Source of the DNA: Stegostoma tigrinum
Taxonomy: Eukaryota
DNA length: 64,000 bases
NCBI RefSeq assembly: GCF_030684315.1
Contig: NC_081394.1
Location: 4,806,163-4,870,162, forward strand
Reading direction: 5' to 3'
The notes under the pieces were generated by a model. It was not told the origin of the DNA, did no database searches, and saw nothing but the letters and a program-made list of their open reading frames with translations. Both the position numbers and the translations under genes were made by a program. This document shows, in pieces, positions 61,901 through 64,000 of the stretch. The stretch's first letter is position 1; every line of letters starts with the position of its first letter.

Positions 61901-62257
61901 CAGGAATTGCTGGAAAAATCTTGACAGGGTCTGTGGAGCAAAATCGGAGTTTTGGGTCAATATGACCCTTCTTCAAAATCAACCAGACCCGAAACATCAA
62001 TTCTGATTTCTCTCTGCAGCTGCTGCCAGGCCTGCTGAGCTTTTTTCCAGCAAGCTCTGTTATTGTTCCTGATTTACAATGTCCACAGTTCTTTCGCTAT
62101 CTTTATTTCATGAGTTTGTCTAAACTTCCTCAAGTAAGGAGATTGAAAACAACAGACATAGCTCCAGGACGTGACCATGCCAACAGATAGCAAGTAACCT
62201 TGGTCTCCTTTCATTACAGAGAAAGAGAAGATCAATATACAACAGGATTCTGTGTGA
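46764..62257 (+). CDS. ICOSLG: B7-family costimulatory ligand, ICOS ligand (B7-H2/CD275)-like; spliced CDS join(46764-46818,50711-51061,51699-51998,53958-54089,55027-55083,60589-60645,62220-62257), 329 aa
   Basis: Manual splicing gives a 990-nt open frame with all introns GT-AG and phase 1. Architecture is SP-IgV-IgC-TM-short tail. Motifs WQT, DSRYRNR, GDLSL, YQCIVL, AANYSLPVIS, TCSSFGGYPAP, GLYNVTSVL and the juxtamembrane NYRG| match my recollection of mammalian ICOSL (WQT, DSRYRNR, GDFSL, AANFSVPVVS, TCTSINGYPRP, GLYDVVSVL, SYAG|). B7 family is secure; orthology versus CD276 or other B7s is not tested. Confidence 0.8.
47876..48080. mobile_element. Palindromic Penelope-derived insertion
   Basis: Inverted arms; flanking duplication aaacaaacagagaca. 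Confidence 0.8.
49270..50122 (-). repeat. 21-bp minisatellite (reverse, degenerate) in the SP-IgV intron
   Basis: Tandem tgtgttcctccagccccacac. Confidence 0.9.
50711..51061 (+). CDS. ICOSLG: IgV-domain exon (GTEAPPVLGMIGERVTLPC...LWQT...DGGSYQC...HVSLITA)
   Basis: Acceptor cacccttcag|, donor G|gtaaac, 351 nt; canonical V-set Cys, Trp and DxGxYxC. Confidence 0.95.
51190..51645 (+). repeat. 32-bp minisatellite filling most of the IgV-IgC intron
   Basis: About 14 units ending ~55 nt before the IgC acceptor. Confidence 0.93.
51699..51998 (+). CDS. ICOSLG: IgC-domain exon (ANYSLPVIS...NLTCSSFGGYPAPAVSW...GLYNVTSVL...LSCAIFN...FPWK)
   Basis: Acceptor ttcctgtag|, donor T|gtaatt, 300 nt; B7-type C-domain signature C-x-S-x-GGYPxPxVxW; several N-glycosylation sequons. 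Confidence 0.93.
52495..53120 (-). repeat. 38-bp minisatellite (C-rich strand) in the IgC-TM intron
   Basis: Tandem ccctatctctgtaaccccctccagcccctacaccccct. Confidence 0.92.
53285..53485. mobile_element. Palindromic Penelope-derived insertion inside a SINE
   Basis: Inverted arms; 14-bp duplication catctgagttcact. Confidence 0.8.
53958..54089 (+). CDS. ICOSLG: Stalk and transmembrane exon (FLLKPILHHNTPTKFIGAIIIAVLIIFAVGIAIYLWRRSRNNYR)
   Basis: Acceptor ttttgatttag|, donor G|gtacgc; ~22-aa hydrophobic helix followed by basic stop-transfer RRSR. Confidence 0.9.
55027..55083 (+). CDS. ICOSLG: Cytoplasmic exon A (VARVTDAFVNHDSAVNWPN)
   Basis: Acceptor ttcttgtcgtttgcag|, donor C|gtaagt, 57 nt, phase 1-1, open frame. 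Confidence 0.7.
57400..58770 (+). mobile_element. Decayed Ty3/Gypsy pol (integrase) fragment; PPT and 3' LTR start at 59471-59570
   Basis: LLWGARVVVP...ELHQGHPG...WPGLDGDI...CPEC zinc finger; AGPFLGSTFLVIV...SKW core; gggggaggga|TGTAGC polypurine tract / LTR junction at 59480/59481. Confidence 0.85.
58772..59335 (-). mobile_element. Second Penelope-like family fragment (GIY-YIG) with inverted terminal repeat, nested in the Gypsy element
   Basis: Minus strand 59101-59218 reads PCKDSDKHYIGQIGRKLAVGIHEHQLATKRH; 58772-58840 is the inverted counterpart of 59220-59295. Confidence 0.8.
59573..60800 (+). repeat. Intragenic duplicate of 54038-55260 (3' end of TM exon, intron, cytoplasmic exon)
   Basis: Colinear alignment; TM-exon remnant has donor GT>GA at 59621-59622. 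Confidence 0.92.
60589..60645 (+). CDS. ICOSLG: Cytoplasmic exon B, paralog of exon A (xTRNSDVSLDHKFPEAMPN)
   Basis: Acceptor ttcttgtcatttgcag|, donor G|gtaagt, 57 nt, phase 1-1, open frame; lies in the duplicated segment. Confidence 0.7.
62220..62257 (+). CDS. ICOSLG: Terminal coding exon (EKEKINIQQDSV*)
   Basis: Acceptor ctcctttcattacag|, in-frame TGA at 62255-62257, followed by ~950 nt of non-repeat sequence and AATAAA. Confidence 0.65.
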
Positions 62258-63210
62258 TGCTAACATTTGTGGCACTCAAGGGATGAGCGGAGGAGGCGTT
62301 GGAGAGTTTGGGACTTAGGGGCTGGATAGGAACGTGGACATGGGCTGCGTTGGCCCGTACTCACCAGATATTTGCACCTCTACTGCAGCCCCTGTGCCTT
62401 CCACCTTCCCACGATGCCCCCCTCCCCCACATTAGCCGAGCAGCTGAGAGCACAGGAGGATCCTGTGGCCCCATCCCTGGAGGGAGCTGAACCTGAGCTG
62501 GCTGTGCGTGTAAAGTGGTGGGTAGAGGGGCAGGAAACTGCATTGGGGAGGATTGGAGGCACACTGCAAGTGAGCCTGTAGAGGGGTAATTCCAGGCAGG
62601 GAGGGAACTGTTCTTGCAATACACTGAACACTCACTCAGCCTGACTGCAATGCCGCTGCAGTCGAACAGCACGTCTGCTCTTGCACACTAGTTCCTTGAG
62701 AATGGAATGGACAGGGGAGCTGGGTGGGGCTGATGAAAGAGGATTGGAAACAAGGTGACAATGCAGATATTCTCAGTTCCCCGTGTCCAGTTCTGGAGCC
62801 CCCAACACCATGACAATCCCACCATCCTCAACACACTTTTGGAAGGAGGTCGAGCCTTTGGAGGGAGGGGGAGAGAGAGAGAGGGGGGGGGTACAGACAG
62901 GAAGGAGATTTCCTGGGGGTGCGTTGGTCACAGTTCATGCTGAGAAAGACCAGGGAGAAACTGGCATCACTTCCTTGGAGGAGGATAGGTTCAGGGGAAG
63001 GGCTGGGAGATACAAGAAAGGGGGGAAATAAGCAGGAACTGTGGGCAGCTGGAAGGCAATTAAAAGTTAGCTCTTTAAAAGAGCAGGTACAGGCAAATGG
63101 GACAAAGGGCCTGCATATGTGCTGTAAAATTCTGTGAATGATGTAAGATTGCTACAAGACGTAGCTTTATTGTGCTCTATTATCAAGAATGTATATAGTG
63201 TATTGTCATT

Positions 63211-63216
63211 AATAAA
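63211..63216 (+). terminator. Polyadenylation signal AATAAA of the B7/ICOSL-like gene
   Basis: Canonical hexamer ~950 nt after the stop, in AT-rich context with T-rich sequence downstream. Confidence 0.55.
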
Positions 63217-63524
63217 TGATTATTTTTACCTGCTGCCTGATGACTTTTTTTTTCAGAGGTATTGAGAAGGATCAGATCTCTGGCTGCATCATTCCTTTCC
63301 TGTCTAGGATTTTGCCATTTCCTCCAGAGGCTCAGAAACAATGGGACAGGAGCTGGGGGCTGAATGGTACATCGCTCTCCCCCAACAAAATCACAAACTC
63401 AATCCCAGACAGTGAAAACCTCCCACAAACCAGTACCAAGCAGAATGGCCTGGATTGCACCGGTTCTCCCATTCTCTGAGGTGGGCTCCTACATTTGATG
63501 CAGACCCCCTTACGTTCCTGTCTT

Positions 63525-63830
63525 GGAGGTGTTTGATGTGCGACAGTGTAGAGGAAGCTTTAACCTGTATCTAACCTCGTGCTGTCCCTGACCTGGGAGT
63601 GTTTGATGGGGAACAGTGTCGAGAGAGCTTTACTCTGTATCTAACCCCGTGCTGGGAGTGTTTGATGGGGGACAGTATAGAGGAAGCTTTACTCTGTATC
63701 TAACCCCGTGCTGTCCCCGTCCTGGGAGCGTGTGATGGAGGACAGCGTAGAGAGAGATTTGCTCCGTATCCAACCCCGTGCTGTCCCTGTATTGGAAGTG
63801 TTTGGTCAGGGATAGTAACAGAGGAAAGAG
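63525..63830 (+). repeat. ~70-bp tandem repeat, ~4 units
   Basis: gtgtttgatggggacagtgtagagggagctttactctgtatctaaccccgtgctgtccctgtcctggga variants. Confidence 0.85.
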
Positions 63831-64000
63831 TTCCCTGGTGAACAGTAGAAACAACAGTTAGAAATGCAGGTCACCCTTAGGAGGTGGCTTCCTCACTTTG
63901 GGGGGGCGGGGGGGGGACGTTGCAAATAAAATCGAGATTTAAAAACTTCCTCTTTTTGTTGAATCTCAGGAGCTTGACGGAATTACCATGGACTCACTGG

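Overview
Eukaryotic DNA from a cartilaginous fish. The HE1/V-SINE, CR1 and Penelope repeat families are typical of sharks; the carpet-shark lineage is my guess. The window is mostly repeat-derived and has five N-gaps. One protein-coding gene can be reconstructed on the + strand: a B7-family type I membrane protein most similar to ICOS ligand (ICOSLG/B7-H2). It has 7 coding exons (46764-62257, 329 aa: signal peptide, IgV, IgC, TM, two paralogous 57-nt cytoplasmic exons, terminal exon), all joined by phase-1 GT-AG introns, a poly(A) signal at 63211 and a possible non-coding first exon near 35.6-35.7 kb. Main points of interest: (1) an intragenic duplication produced two cytoplasmic-tail exons that are far more diverged (about 54% identical) than their upstream introns (about 90%); (2) many Penelope-derived termini carry minimal type I hammerhead ribozyme cores, often as inverted pairs flanked by target-site duplications; (3) several minisatellites arose from inside transposable elements, one with a 160-bp higher-order period; (4) NF-kB and ISRE motif clusters sit in the unique islands around the gene. 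No CRISPR array or prokaryotic system is present.
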